Positions 23,842-36,785 are shown, counted from the first letter of the whole stretch. The stretch: DNA of 62,984 bases, filler included, from Globobulimina sp. (GCA_003354225.1; 45 parts of 45 records of this genome joined end to end with filler, not necessarily neighbours in it); one strand, 5' to 3'. Numbers and translations: made by a program. The notes: a model not told the origin generated them from the sequence alone.

Positions 23842-24753
23842 AATAGTTTACCAAACACGCTAAAGCTGTAAAACCCAATTTTTTCATTTCTTGTCCTAAA
23901 TATTTTGTTGTCAATTTTGGAAAACATTGTTGCTGCAAACAAATTCGGTCATGTTTATCAATTAAAAACACAAAACTGTAAAATAATATATCATAAACAG
24001 GTGGTATTTTCTTCCATAATATTAATAATATGATGGTTGGAATGATATAAAATAAGAAATCAAGTGCTTGCATTTGTGTCGTTGTGGCGAATGTGCTAAA
24101 AACAGAGAACTGGAATGCAAGCATACTGACTGTGGCAATGCAAAGTGATATGATCCATGCTTTGCGACTCATAAATTGTAGATTACCATATTTTGCTTTG
24201 TTCATTAAAAACCATTGCTCATTTTTCGAAGATCCTTGGGGGTCGATATGAACTTTCCATTCAGCGTTTAACTGAATATGTATTGTGATGTATTTCCGTT
24301 GGTTTTTACTTTTTAGCAACAATAATATGTATATTTATATTATATATGATTTTAATTAACTGTAGCTTTGGTCCAACTAAAATCAAAATATGTCAACCAA
24401 AATCGAGTTAATATTAACCATAATGAGCAATGAGAGGCATACGGATATATAAAGACATTCATTGCTTTGAGTATGGTAGATGTCATTGGTGATATTAAGT
24501 AATGAAACAAATTTTGTATAAAATAGAATTGTGTTGCAGTGGAAACCCATATTATCATAAATATACTCGATGCAACAACTAATGAAACATATCGTTTTTT
24601 TAATATGTTGGAACGTTTTAATCGGTTGAAATGATATACATTAAATATAGCAAATGGTAATATGAGAAATGATGTTGAAATTGCAAAGATTCCCAGTATG
24701 GCGCATACTGTTGGATTGATATTGGTGTCGACTCTCGCATGTTCAAAGTTCAT
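23842..24753 (-). CDS. 7TM/GPCR-like membrane protein (possibly 7TM-RGS type; spliced, 3'-partial)
   Basis: Successive TM helices with ILKKRY, RFWLTYFD, LNAEWKVHIDP and LWKKIP motifs; intron after KAT. Confidence 0.65.
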
Positions 24754-24802
24754 TGACTGAATTGAGTAGAAAAAAATTTTAAGCAAAAACCTACCGTTTA
24801 CA

Positions 24803-25143
24803 ATGTCAACCCTACGTGTCATAATAACAACCTTTTTGTCATTGGCGTGTTTTTGTCAAAAGGATAGCTCGAATGTAGCATCGTTTTATATCACTACGTC
24901 ATCAGATTCGGGATCAGGCACAGAGGCTACTGTAATATTAACATTATCATGGAATTTACTTCAATATGAATGTATTATAACAAATGGCATTGAAGCAAAT
25001 AGTTCATACGGATGTGGAATAGAAACAGCACCAAAAGCAGCATTAATCCCCGGCTCATTATCAAATAAAGAATATACAATGAAAAGAGAATTAATTGGAG
25101 ACACATCTGATTTAATGAAAATCGAAGAAATAACGGTATATGA
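24803..25143 (+). CDS. Secreted protein with PLAT/LH2-like N-terminal domain (partial)
   Basis: Signal peptide followed by FYITTSSDSGSGTEATVILTL. Confidence 0.5.
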
Positions 25144-25414
25144 NNNNNNNNNNNNNNNNNNNNNNNNNNNNNNNNNNNNNNNNNNNNTTAATTAATTAAN
25201 NNNNNNNNNNNNNNNNNNNNNNNNNNNNNNNNNNNNNNNNNNNTGGTGATTCTGGATGGTGAAGTTTCGAAACTACATGTTCCCGGTCGTTTGAGACAGT
25301 CTAGTGGGTACCACGTGGTTTGCCAACGAATATTAGGGTTTGTCTCAGCGGTTAGATCTGCCATAGCTCCTATACAGGAGGCCATAGAAACTGATTCTAG
25401 TATTCCTGCAACTA

Positions 25415-25668
25415 AAACGATTTAATGATTTGATATTGGATGCTTTCATGATTTTATCTTCTTTCTTTTCTTGAATACATGATCCATAGTAATTAGTTCC
25501 AGAATAAAATACATTGTTTGAATCTTGATAAATACTGAATGTCCATCCATTATAAACCTGTGAAATTCGTAGGTTTTGGGTCCAATTTGGTGCACTTAAT
25601 TGTTTAATGTCTTTTGTATCGCCATCACCAAACTCACCATCAGCATTACGACCAATGAAATGAAGCAT
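25415..25668 (-). CDS. RCC1-like protein N-terminus, interrupted
   Basis: IGRNADGEFGDG...YNGWTFSIYQDSNN..GTNYYGSC; clearly paralogous to 36460-36785. Confidence 0.65.
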
Positions 25669-25854
25669 GTTGTTGCTGAATATAATAATAATAATATTTA
25701 CGATTGTCTGTGGGAAACACTGTATTGTTTATGAAAGCTGTTGGTGAGTGTACTGGATTGGATAGTTTTTTTATTTTGTGAGCTATAAAGGGATGTTAAT
25801 AAGAAAGTTAATCACATTACAAACCAAATCAAAACAAAACGAATCAAATTTATT

Positions 25855-26545
25855 TTATTTTTTATATGTTTTCCTCTTCTTTTTGCCAAATGAAGAGTTA
25901 TCACAGCCCATATCATCAAACATCTCATTAACATTTTCAAAATTCTTTTTTTTCCTTCTTTTTTGATTATTACTATTATTATTATTAAATCTAAAATTAT
26001 TTAATCGATCAGTTTGAGGATTTGGACATTGCGAAAATAAATCCATACTACATTCAGAATCACTCCTTTTATTAATATTGGACCGATTATTCCATTCATT
26101 CACTGTCACCCTTTGATATTCCGGTACTTTTTCAAACGGCGACTGCAAATCATTGGCATTTATAAAGTCACGAATTTCAGATATAATTTTATCGCCATAT
26201 TTATTAATTTTTATGGAATTAAATCCATCAAAATGCGACAAGTCATCTTTAGTAATTGGCGCAAATTTGGCTAATTGCCCCATTTGAACATCCCGATAAA
26301 CAAAACATAACTGTCGAACATTATATTTATCCCTGATTTTCTCCCTTAACTCAGTCAAACTGAGCAATAACATCGATGCTTGCGAGTGACACAACGCTGT
26401 CAATTGGCAGCCATTCACAAACAACGACGACGATGATTGGATATTTTGTGTCAATGTCTGTTCATTGTTATTATGCTGCTCATTATCTTCACCTTCTTCT
26501 CCTCGATAAAATGAGGTAATTTGCTCCTTCTTTTTCCTCACTTTT
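25855..26545 (-). CDS. HRDC-domain C-terminus, probably of a RecQ/BLM helicase
   Basis: LTELREKI...FVYRDVQMGQLAKFAPITKDDLSHFDGFNSIKINKYGDKII followed by a basic NLS-like tail. Confidence 0.75.
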
Positions 26546-26645
26546 NNNNNNNNNNNNNNNNNNNNNNNNNNNNNNNNNNNNNNNNNNNNTTAATTAATTA
26601 ANNNNNNNNNNNNNNNNNNNNNNNNNNNNNNNNNNNNNNNNNNNN

Positions 26646-27252
26646 CACCATGTACACTTAGCATTTTCTGTGAAAACTCATCCCCATAAAATGAGCTAAG
26701 TGTAACCAAACCAAATGCAGCAACGAGTTGTAGTATTAAATGAATTGCAATGTTAAAATTATTTTGTTTCAATTCTAAACAAACAAATGTAACCAATACA
26801 GTCCATCCATATGAAGCCAAGCAGGTCATCAACATTTTAGCAGCTCCACCACCAATCGCACACAACTCAGATATGCTTCCAAGCGGATATCGTTTATCAA
26901 TGTGTTGTTGTAATGCAATATCCATTTTTAGCCAACCATCAGGTGTACCGCTTACTGTTCTTATTTGATAAATTGAGGGCGCCGTACAAACTAAATACAA
27001 AATATGCATGAAAAACACTTGACTGATTACTAAAATTACATAACCGATAATATTTGCTATCGATGCATCTGTGTATAATGCCAATGGAATCATTACTGAC
27101 GGAATAAGCAATGCAAACAATGTCTGATAGAATGCTGCACGTAATTCGTTGTCGTGTTGTTTCTTCCAATCAACATTAATATTATCTGGCTCTTTCTCTC
27201 TGGTTTCACCGCTTTGTGTTTCTGTCAATAACTCGTGTCGTTGATCAATCAT
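26646..27252 (-). CDS. Multi-pass membrane protein, function unknown (3'-partial)
   Basis: ATG-initiated ORF with several TM segments. Confidence 0.55.
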
Positions 27253-27426
27253 TATTTGATAAAATGCACTGTGGCTTTCAGATACTAGTACGTGGCGCGA
27301 GGGGCAAACAAGTAAAAAATGTGAAGAGTTAACTATATTTAGAGATCTATTTCTATTTTTATTGGTTGGTTACAAAAATATCGATCGAACCTATATTTTC
27401 ATAATTAAACAGCTGCTTTTATTGTA

Positions 27427-27757
27427 TTACGGATTTCGAAACGATGTAACCATTTTTTATTTGTCCAAAAGCCGTAAAGTTAAAAAAATGATAAAATGTT
27501 AAAAATCGTGAGGATCCATGAAAAGTGCAAAAAAAGGAATATTTATGCAATATTTGCAAAATTGGTGAAAACGTGGAATGATCAAAATATATCCATAAAT
27601 ATGATATTTTGACAGATTTCGATGATTCTGTATTTTTTGCAATTTTACAAATATCGCATAAATAATTATTCATTTTTTTAGCACTTTTCATGGATTTTCA
27701 CGATTTTTAACATTTTATCATTATTATTTAAAAAAGGGATCGTTTCGAAATCCGTAA
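27427..27757. mobile_element. TA-flanked foldback MITE (Tc1/mariner-type target), 331 bp
   Basis: Perfect terminal inverted repeat TTACGGATTTCGAAACGAT, TA on both sides, and long imperfect internal inverted repeats. Confidence 0.8.
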
Positions 27758-28047
27758 TATCCGCACACAGTGGTTCTATGGACCCTCACTTGCAGTCATA
27801 AAGGCGTTGCGACCGACTCATCAACGCGCCGTTGTTACTATAAATTTTAAATAATAAGCAAAAAATCAATGTGCGAGTTTATGAAGACGATGTTATAACG
27901 ATTATAACCTAAGCCGTAACTTGAATTATTTCAATAAATTGTTTGCANNNNNNNNNNNNNNNNNNNNNNNNNNNNNNNNNNNNNNNNNNNNTTAATTAAT
28001 TAANNNNNNNNNNNNNNNNNNNNNNNNNNNNNNNNNNNNNNNNNNNN

Positions 28048-29346
28048 GTATTCGATCAATTTGTAAATTATTCAACAGCAAAAGCAATGGGTATCATAAA
28101 TACAACTTCAAATACAGCATATATCGGAACAGATTATACAAATAAATGTGGCTCATCCGGTAGACCCGCTATTGAAATCCGTTCCAAAAAAAGGTTATTC
28201 TACAGGTTTATTCATATTGGACTCATCACATATGCCGCAAGGGTGCGCACAAAAGGTTTAATATTTGCCACAGGTTTACAAATGATTAAAAGAAATTACA
28301 GAAACGCATTGGAATATGAAGCATTTCTGCGTCAACCAAGAATAAGACCTTCTACTGAGTGTATTGCTATGGATGCAGTTTTGAGAATGTTTACACGAAA
28401 TTTCGCTGTTAGCGCTGATACGATGTTGGACAAAAATTCAAAGCGTTATTATTTAAAAATAAGAAGTGACAGGAAAAAAATGCCGCGTGACTTGCCTCCA
28501 TTTATGGATAAACCGGAAAAAATCACAATAAGCGAGAATTGGAATGATACAAAATTTGAATTGAATGGTTTTTTAGACACATTCCCAGGTTGTTCACTTA
28601 AAAATGGTTGTGTATTGTACTTGCACGGTGGAGCATTCGTGCTTGATTCGTCTGCAATAGTGGGAAGAACATTGTGTATTTTGATGCAAAAACTAGGCTG
28701 TTGTGTAATGTCATTAGACTATCAATTGTGTCCAGAAGTGAACGGCGTTCCCAATCAAGTGAATCAATGCGTGGCTGCATACAAATACATCCTGAATAAA
28801 CTGAATATTGAGCATAAAAAAGTATTTATCATCGGAGATTCAGCTGGAGCAGCCCTGACATTATTAACAGTACAGAAAATTAATGATTTAAAATTAAAAC
28901 AACCCAGTGGTGCTGTCTTAATATCATTAGTGGCAGATTTGTCGTTCAAAAGTGCAATTAAAAGAGGACAAAAATATACTTTCCAGGATGCAGTGTTAGG
29001 TAATATAAGTAAGATAGAGGAGACATTATCTACACTGCTCGTAAATGATGAGGACAGAAAAAGATACCACGGTGACGAAATGAAAATATTGAGTTTACCA
29101 TCATATTCCCCAATTAACGGTAACTTCAAAGGACTGTGCCCAATTTATTTGAGTGCCTCGGAAAATGAATTGCTGTTTGATGACAGTCAAGCAATTTTAG
29201 AGAAATGTCGACAGAATAATGTTTCTGTTCAATATGTATGGGATGAGTGTTTACCACATGCCACTGTGGTTTTCGCTCCGTGGATACCCGAAGCACGCGA
29301 TTCGTTGATCATAATGACAGAATGGATGAAAAAGCAATTAAATTAA
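28048..29346 (+). CDS. HSL-family alpha/beta hydrolase (esterase/lipase) with a GH16-like N-terminal fragment in the same frame
   Basis: LYLHGGAF, GDSAGA, SENELLFDD and LPH catalytic motifs. Confidence 0.9.
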   Translation, partial: VFDQFVNYSTAKAMGIINTTSNTAYIGTDYTNKCGSSGRPAIEIRSKKRLFYRFIHIGLITYAARVRTKGLIFATGLQMIKRNYRNALEYEAFLRQPRIRPSTECIAMDAVLRMFTRNFAVSADTMLDKNSKRYYLKIRSDRKKMPRDLPPFMDKPEKITISENWNDTKFELNGFLDTFPGCSLKNGCVLYLHGGAFVLDSSAIVGRTLCILMQKLGCCVMSLDYQLCPEVNGVPNQVNQCVAAYKYILNKLNIEHKKVFIIGDSAGAALTLLTVQKINDLKLKQPSGAVLISLVADLSFKSAIKRGQKYTFQDAVLGNISKIEETLSTLLVNDEDRKRYHGDEMKILSLPSYSPINGNFKGLCPIYLSASENELLFDDSQAILEKCRQNNVSVQYVWDECLPHATVVFAPWIPEARDSLIIMTEWMKKQLN

Positions 29347-29449
29347 GCANNNNNNNNNNNNNNNNNNNNNNNNNNNNNNNNNNNNNNNNNNNNTTAATTA
29401 ATTAANNNNNNNNNNNNNNNNNNNNNNNNNNNNNNNNNNNNNNNNNNNN

Positions 29450-30751
29450 GTACAATCTGCTCCGTTAGACACGAATCATCACCGCAGATATTTGCAGTTA
29501 CACTCATTGTGCCATCGTATATTTTATGCTTGGAATCCATAGATCCGTCCACCAAACTATACCAATCCGGACATATCTCAGGATGAAAGGACACATATTC
29601 CTCAATTTCAGCGGCTGAATAACCGCTTATTGCAGTAATTACACATTCAGCCACCACCCAGAAGTCAAATGGATCAATTAACCAAAACACGCCACTCTCG
29701 CCATAGTTGACAAACGTCAAATATCCGGGCTGTGTGTCACAATCCACCCATTCACGAAACCAATATGGAGCTAATGCGTTAAATTGGCGATACGTCCCAT
29801 ATAAACCCGCTGTAAATACATAGTTTCATGAACAAAATTAATTTTATGTCACAGTACAATGCAATTTATATAAAATAACACACCTAATTGCGATTGCGAT
29901 GACTTTATACAGATATAACCATCCGTACTCTCGCACAATGTATCATTGATTTTGATATTTTCATTCAATGTAAAGGTGCCCTGATAGCTGGAACGCGTAA
30001 GCCACAAAGGACAATGCATTGGATTATCAATAGAAACCAGCGAGCATTTCGCCACAATTTGGTCATCATCGCTCATTTGTGGGTCTTCAGTAATTGCCCA
30101 AAACCAGGACTCTTTGCCAGAAGCATGTAAAAAAATATATAAATCAGCATCCAACACTAACAAATAACCGTTTTTCCTCCATACTGGATGGCCCGTTTTG
30201 GTGCTACCAATTTGTAATTGATAGTCGCCGTCCATCCACCAATGCTCTCCGGATAAATCGACAAAGCACAATACTGAGCTGACATTGGTGGCGGTAAGAC
30301 AGCCAAACTCTATTTTTATATTATTGCCATCGTCTGGACAGCGTATAATGTGCAAGGATATGTTGATTTATTTTAACAAAATATGTATATACACTGTACC
30401 TAGATCAATAGTTAGGTATTTGGCAGAATTATAAGGTATCATTCGTGTTGGAATGGTAGTTTGTAAACTATGGTCCTCATTAATTATATCGACCACATCG
30501 CCTGAAGCTTCCTCGTCGTTTGCAACTATCACAGCGCGGGCACCGTTTTGTTGTGCATTATATGCTCGGAGTATATAGCTACAATCAATGGCATTGTCTG
30601 GCATAATCAATACGATTTTGTCGGTGATGTTTGTGTTAAGTGAACCAGAACAGATATTGTCGTTAGCTGAAAGCTGTACTAATTCTGTTGGGGATATATA
30701 ATATACATAGGGTGGGAATAAGGCTTGTGACGATAATATTGTTCGTGCAAA
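29450..30751 (-). CDS. PA (protease-associated) domain extracellular protein (spliced, partial)
   Basis: CSYILRAYNAQQNGARAVIVAN...TIPTRMI; three same-strand exons. Confidence 0.75.
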
Positions 30752-30944
30752 NNNNNNNNNNNNNNNNNNNNNNNNNNNNNNNNNNNNNNNNNNNNTTAAT
30801 TAATTAANNNNNNNNNNNNNNNNNNNNNNNNNNNNNNNNNNNNNNNNNNNNTCACTTTCCCCACAACCGCTTGAGTCTTCTTCAACGCGTTCAAAATCTG
30901 CGCCAGCTCTCCCTCGATCAGCATCACATATTCTTCAGTCTTCT

Positions 30945-31598
30945 GTGCGAAAAACAGAATCTGTGCCGCCATTGGTGCTTGTACCGCCATCATTGGATAC
31001 AAATTATTCTGGCATCGATTATGGTAAAATCCATTGGATACCGCGATTACCGCGGCACATGCCGGGATATGATGATGCCTCTCAATCTTCGCATTCATCT
31101 TCATCTCATTCGGTACCATCATCACTTGCTTTAGATACACGTGTTGATGATCCACGCACAGATCCTCACTCATCTTATTATGATCCCAGATATGACCCAC
31201 GAAGAGATTATCGGCGACTTGATATCGGCGAATATCCATGGCGCAATCCAATAGAATCGGAATCGGAGTCGGAGTCGGAGTCGGAATGTTATGCTGATGA
31301 TGAATTGGATGAAAAAGAAGGCGATGATGCGCCCAAAGCCGATGAATTTCCCGATGATTTTGATCAAGAATTGGGTGAATTTCTTTCGGCTATAACGGGG
31401 GTGAATTTATTACCATCGGATAATGAATCATTAGAGGCCTTTACTTCCATCGATCCACCTCGCCATAAAAAACGTCGAATACCATCGGATATTGATTCAG
31501 ACACTGCATCGGATATTAACGTGTCACCGGGACCTCAGCCACCTCCACATAAAAAACGCCGAGTAGCCATAGAAAATTTAACAGCTACGAGCATCTAA
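30945..31598 (+). CDS. Acidic low-complexity protein C-terminus with two HKKRR NLS-like motifs, function unknown
   Basis: 217-aa ORF followed by an AT-rich 3' region. Confidence 0.5.
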   Translation: MRKTESVPPLVLVPPSLDTNYSGIDYGKIHWIPRLPRHMPGYDDASQSSHSSSSHSVPSSLALDTRVDDPRTDPHSSYYDPRYDPRRDYRRLDIGEYPWRNPIESESESESESECYADDELDEKEGDDAPKADEFPDDFDQELGEFLSAITGVNLLPSDNESLEAFTSIDPPRHKKRRIPSDIDSDTASDINVSPGPQPPPHKKRRVAIENLTATSI

Positions 31599-31962
31599 AA
31601 AAAATAAAAAGAAACAAAATATGGATTTGCAATAAAATGATCTTGTTTTTGTCTCTTAACTTTTGTTGTTATGCGATTATGCGCATATATTTATTTATTT
31701 ATTTATTTGTCTTAATATTGTTTGCGCCATCCATTGATTCTTCCTTCATAGTCCCATATAACTACTTTTATCGTTTGATGTGTTGTTGATGGCAGATTTA
31801 TGGTGTTCGTGGCTTTCGGATTTGAGCGGCCCAATGAGTTATTGATGGCTGTTTATTTAATAGCAAAAAACCAAAATAAAAGTATGTTATAATAAAAAAT
31901 AGACACTATAGAAAATGCAATACAAAAAGATAGAAAATGCAATACAAAAAGAGATAGATTTT

Positions 31963-32153
31963 GAATTTGTGTGTGATTCGGTGGGATTTGAGTGTGGTGA
32001 ATTTGTGTGTGTTTTAGATACATATTATTATAACATACATGGTGAATAGCGTGTTTCGGTGGGATTTGAGCGTGGTGAATTTGTGTGTGATTCGGTGGGA
32101 TTTGAGTGTGGTGAATTTGTGTGTGTTTCGGTGAGATTTGAGTGTGGTGAATT
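31963..32153. repeat. 36-bp GT-rich minisatellite
   Basis: Unit GAATTTGTGTGTGATTCGGTGGGATTTGAGTGTGGT, about 4-5 copies, running to the contig end. Confidence 0.9.
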
Positions 32154-32832
32154 NNNNNNNNNNNNNNNNNNNNNNNNNNNNNNNNNNNNNNNNNNNNTTA
32201 ATTAATTAANNNNNNNNNNNNNNNNNNNNNNNNNNNNNNNNNNNNNNNNNNNNTAAATGTATATATAGCAATATGTTCTTGGTACTGTACATGTAAATTT
32301 TCAAAAAAAAAAATGGGAAAACCCGTTTTTTTTTTTGGCGCAAACTGTAAAATGTAGGGACTGGTAATGGAGTATGTAGGCAACCCATTGGAGCACGTAA
32401 TATATTGGTATTAGTTTTGTATGTTTTTTTTATGAAAAATGTTGTTTACACACTCCATTATGGAAGATTCCCTACGTTTTTTTGTTGGTATTATCACCAT
32501 TTTCGATCAAGCTACAAAGAAGTATAAATGTGATAAATATGATGTAAAGACATGTTTTTGTGTGGGATTACTGGTGATATATTTTGTATTTTTTGTATGT
32601 GTTATTATTTTCAATTTAATTCAGTTGCGTTCGTATGAGCATGAAATCCTTTTGAAATCGATCACACATTCTGCAAAATATCACCTCCATTTCATTTCTG
32701 TTTTTGTATTTTTACATAGCGATAAGAAACACATTGCAACGCAAAAAGAGCGAACAAAACAACGCGAAATAAGTATGTCTATATTTAGCAGCGCGTACTG
32801 TATACAAACCAAAATATCACATCACACAAAAA

Positions 32833-33555
32833 TTGACAGAATTATTATTAGAATTACAAGATGAATATTTAGTATCGTTAGCAATAAATTGCTGTAAACA
32901 GTTTGAGATCGAAGCAGAGGAAGCCGCCCGTTTAAATAGTCAGAATACGCCCATTGGAGATGCACTAAAATCTCTTGTCAAATCGTTAGATGATGCAAAA
33001 GCATCGTCGTCCTCTGCCGATGATGACAATATGTCGAAAAAAAGAGGGGCCAAAAGGCAGTTAGTTCCATTACAATTAAAATCGTTATCGGAAAATGAGA
33101 AAAGAGAGATTATTGATAAATGTTGGCATCGGTTATTGTCAAAAGAGACCTGTATTAAGATAAGAATGAATGGGAAACGACATATTCATAGTCAGTTAAT
33201 CGCAAAATTATACTCATGCACATTTATTCATATCCGCGAACGTGATAATTTAGTGGACGAATTGACGGCAAATTTCCATATAAAATATCGAATCGCCATA
33301 GAATGGTTATATCATTTGGCCATAAAAAAAGATAAGAATATGTACTACGATGTATTGCGATTATTTCTGCAGAAGTTACGAAATAAATTGTCATCGTCAG
33401 ACAAAATATTTACACAATTTATCATAAACCTACCCGTGATCACCGATGATGCGCTAAAACAAGTTAAAAAATATGCATCCGGCGACAGAATAACTTTGGG
33501 TTTGTCCACGTTGCGGGATATAATATTATACCGTCCCAAGCATAGCTTGTTTTGC
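32833..33555 (+). CDS. SYMPK: Symplekin (internal fragment)
   Basis: IAIEWLY...DKIFTQFIINLPVITDDALKQVKKY...TLGLSTLRDIILYRP. Confidence 0.75.
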
Positions 33556-34019
33556 NNNNNNNNNNNNNNNNNNNNNNNNNNNNNNNNNNNNNNNNNNNNT
33601 TAATTAATTAANNNNNNNNNNNNNNNNNNNNNNNNNNNNNNNNNNNNNNNNNNNNTATTGGATTTTTTGTATTGATAGTAATCGAAGCAATTATTATATT
33701 TTTATTGTATTATTTTAAAGAATTTCAATTTTGTGTGAAACCAATAAAAAAAAGTGGTCAATATCAAGCTATGGATAATGATGAACAAAATGCGATTAAT
33801 GCATCAATATAATATATTGACAGTTTTGACTGTAAAAACAAGTATTAATTAAAAATATAAGTATGTAATTGCTGGAATTAATGCATCCCAAAACATATTC
33901 AACACAGATTTTTCAAATTATAACACAATATTCCATCATTTTTACCATCAGTTCAAATTCCTACAAATCCGACAAAAACCCTTGCAATTCTCATCTAAGT
34001 ACAGTCAAATACTTATACA

Positions 34020-34957
34020 ATGGGCGCAAGTACAGCCCTTTATGTGTCATTAGCGGTGGGTCTGTGCCTAACAGGAGCCATACTAGCAGCGGCCGGCTAT
34101 GTAATGCAAAAGAAAGGGCATATTGCGGTGATTGAGCTGAACGAAATCCATGAAATTCAAGATGAAGACACAAAGGCATTTTGGTCGAATAAAATATGGG
34201 TATCTGGTTTGGTTATATATGCCACAGGCTCTATATTCACTGCTTCCGCATTAAACTTTGGCGCTCAGTCATTATTAGCTCCATTAAGTGCATTGGTATT
34301 GGTGTTCAATGCTATCTTCGCCACACAATTTCTTGGCGAACCATTCAAACGTAACAATTTGTACGGAATTATATTGGTAATGATTGGTAGCATTATGGCT
34401 GTTGTGTTTGGTCCAAAAAGTAGCACTGACACAGTCACACTCAAATATGTAGAGAGTTGTTGGACAGCTACCAATTTTCTCATATTTTTTAGCATATTAA
34501 GCTTCGTAGCAATGATTGATTTTATTTTGGTGAAAATTTATGAACGAAAAAATTTCTCTGCACTGGAAAATCATAACATTACGCATGGCGGGAATTTTCT
34601 GATGATGTCTTACATCGCATTGGCTGCTTATTTTGGTTCCACCAATGTATTATTTATGAAAAAAGCAGTGATCATTCTTGGTTCTTTTGACTTGGATTAT
34701 TTCACAGATTATTTATTTTATGTAACCATTGTTGGCATTGTTGTAATCAATGGTTTATTGGAATATTTTCGGCAGAGAGCATTGGTGTATTTTGACGCTA
34801 TTTATGTCGTCCCAATTTATCAGGTTTTGTTAATTATTGGCTCAGCTCTGATGGGAGCCATATTTTTTAACGAATTCGCGCTATTATCACCACTCCAACT
34901 GACGCTTTTTTGTGTGTCTATATTTATTACTTTGTTAGGAGTGGCTGAATTGGCCTA
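34020..34957 (+). CDS. NIPA-family Mg2+ transporter (DMT superfamily), 3'-partial
   Basis: GYVMQKKGH, WVSGL, FGAQSLLAPLSALVLVFNA and ALVYFDAIYVVPIYQV...GAIFFNEF. Confidence 0.92.
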
Positions 34958-35057
34958 NNNNNNNNNNNNNNNNNNNNNNNNNNNNNNNNNNNNNNNNNNN
35001 NTTAATTAATTAANNNNNNNNNNNNNNNNNNNNNNNNNNNNNNNNNNNNNNNNNNNN

Positions 35058-36287
35058 CAATAATTTAATAACAATATCATTTGACATAAATGAGACCTCA
35101 CAATCCGATAGCTTTCCGCCTAAAGTTTTAAATAATTCATTCATGCTTTGTTTAGAGACAAAATTAAATGCATTCTCCTGATTCTCTGCTATGAAATGGA
35201 GACTTAATATGCTCCAAATACACTCAATGTATTGTTCAAAGGCGAAGGTCGATCTATATTCAACTAATTGTTTTGTAAGTTTTTTGATTATTTGTGGCTG
35301 TGACACATGCAATGTTTTACCAAATGAATAGAATAATTTATGAACGGATGATTTATGATAAATTTTTGCATCTGAACTATCAATTTTGTTTATTTTATCC
35401 ATTGGCAATAAGAAATTGAATAATATCTCTTCATAAAAGCCTAAATAGGTTAAATTTGTAATAATTGAGATTGAATGTTGAATTTCCAGTGATTGATGAT
35501 AGAAAAATAACTCATTGCATAAATTCAATACGGTCGCAATGATATATTCGTTATTCACAATGTTAATATATTCGTTATGAAAAGATGGGTATAAAAAACA
35601 TAAACTGTTCAAAATTAATTTAACATTTATATGTCCGATATCATGTATACTCTTATAATTATTCGCATTACTTAAGAATATCCAGATATTGTCATCTTTG
35701 TTTGTCAAAAACGAAGCATTTCGACATAATCGCATAAAATTATCATCATTTGCCATTGCATTCAATGCGTACGATATAGAGCTGCCACCCAACACTGATA
35801 CATTTGAATGTATTTCTGATAAAATAAAGGATAAATGCGATTTGTACTCATTATATTGAACGGGATGAATGACAGAAAAGGCACTGAAAACTTTCACCAT
35901 TGAATGCAAATTCCGATGTCTTGTATTTAAATTAACACCTTTCTGATCATGTGCTTTTGGATCAGAGTATTTGTACAAAGACAGAAATCTATTTATAAAC
36001 AATTGCCAGGTTTTATCTTCTTTTCCTTTGACATTGCCATCACCAAATTGTTTAATACCGAAAATAGCAAAGCTCCAAATAAATAATGCAACACTTCGAA
36101 TATCATTGATTTCCTCCAAGTGTTTCTTTGCGAACTTACTCATAAAAAACATATAATCGCTGTTCTTTTTGCGTCGCACTGTCATGGCATCGCACAATTG
36201 TTGCTCACCAGAAACATTCTTAAATTTAGTAAATTCGTTAATAGCTAGCATAACATCCTCGTGCTCCATTTGCGACTCTCTGAACAT
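35058..36287 (-). CDS. Helical-repeat protein (FASTK/RAP- or OPR-like), partial
   Basis: Repeated helical hairpins such as VALFIWSFAIFG, SISYALNAMA, SIITNLTYLGFY and IECIWSILSL. Confidence 0.5.
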
Positions 36288-36459
36288 ACATCATTACACA
36301 AAAGAATCTCATTACAATTTGCAAGTACAGCAGAAACATACCGCAATGCCGCTAATTTTNNNNNNNNNNNNNNNNNNNNNNNNNNNNNNNNNNNNNNNNN
36401 NNNTTAATTAATTAANNNNNNNNNNNNNNNNNNNNNNNNNNNNNNNNNNNNNNNNNNNN

Positions 36460-36785
36460 ATGAAATGTAACAAAAAACAAAGTAAAATATAAATGCATAC
36501 CTTGTCGTTATTTTGTTTTTCTTGAATTCTGTTTTGCATACATTGGCCATTTGTATTATTTCCAGCAGAATAAAATGAATTATTGGAATCCCTATAAATA
36601 CAGAATTCATTTCCATTGTAAATATCAGTGATATGGAGATTGTTGCCCCATTTTGATGGTGTCAATGTGTCTAAGTCTGTCGTATGTCCATCACCAAATT
36701 CGCCATATTGGTTACTACCAATGCAATAAAGCGTTTTGTTGATGGATTGTGTTCGATTGAAAAATACGTTTGCTAAGAACTGCAT
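36460..36785 (-). CDS. RCC1-like protein N-terminus (partial)
   Basis: YCIGSNQYGEFGDG...FYSAGNNTNGQC. Confidence 0.75.
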
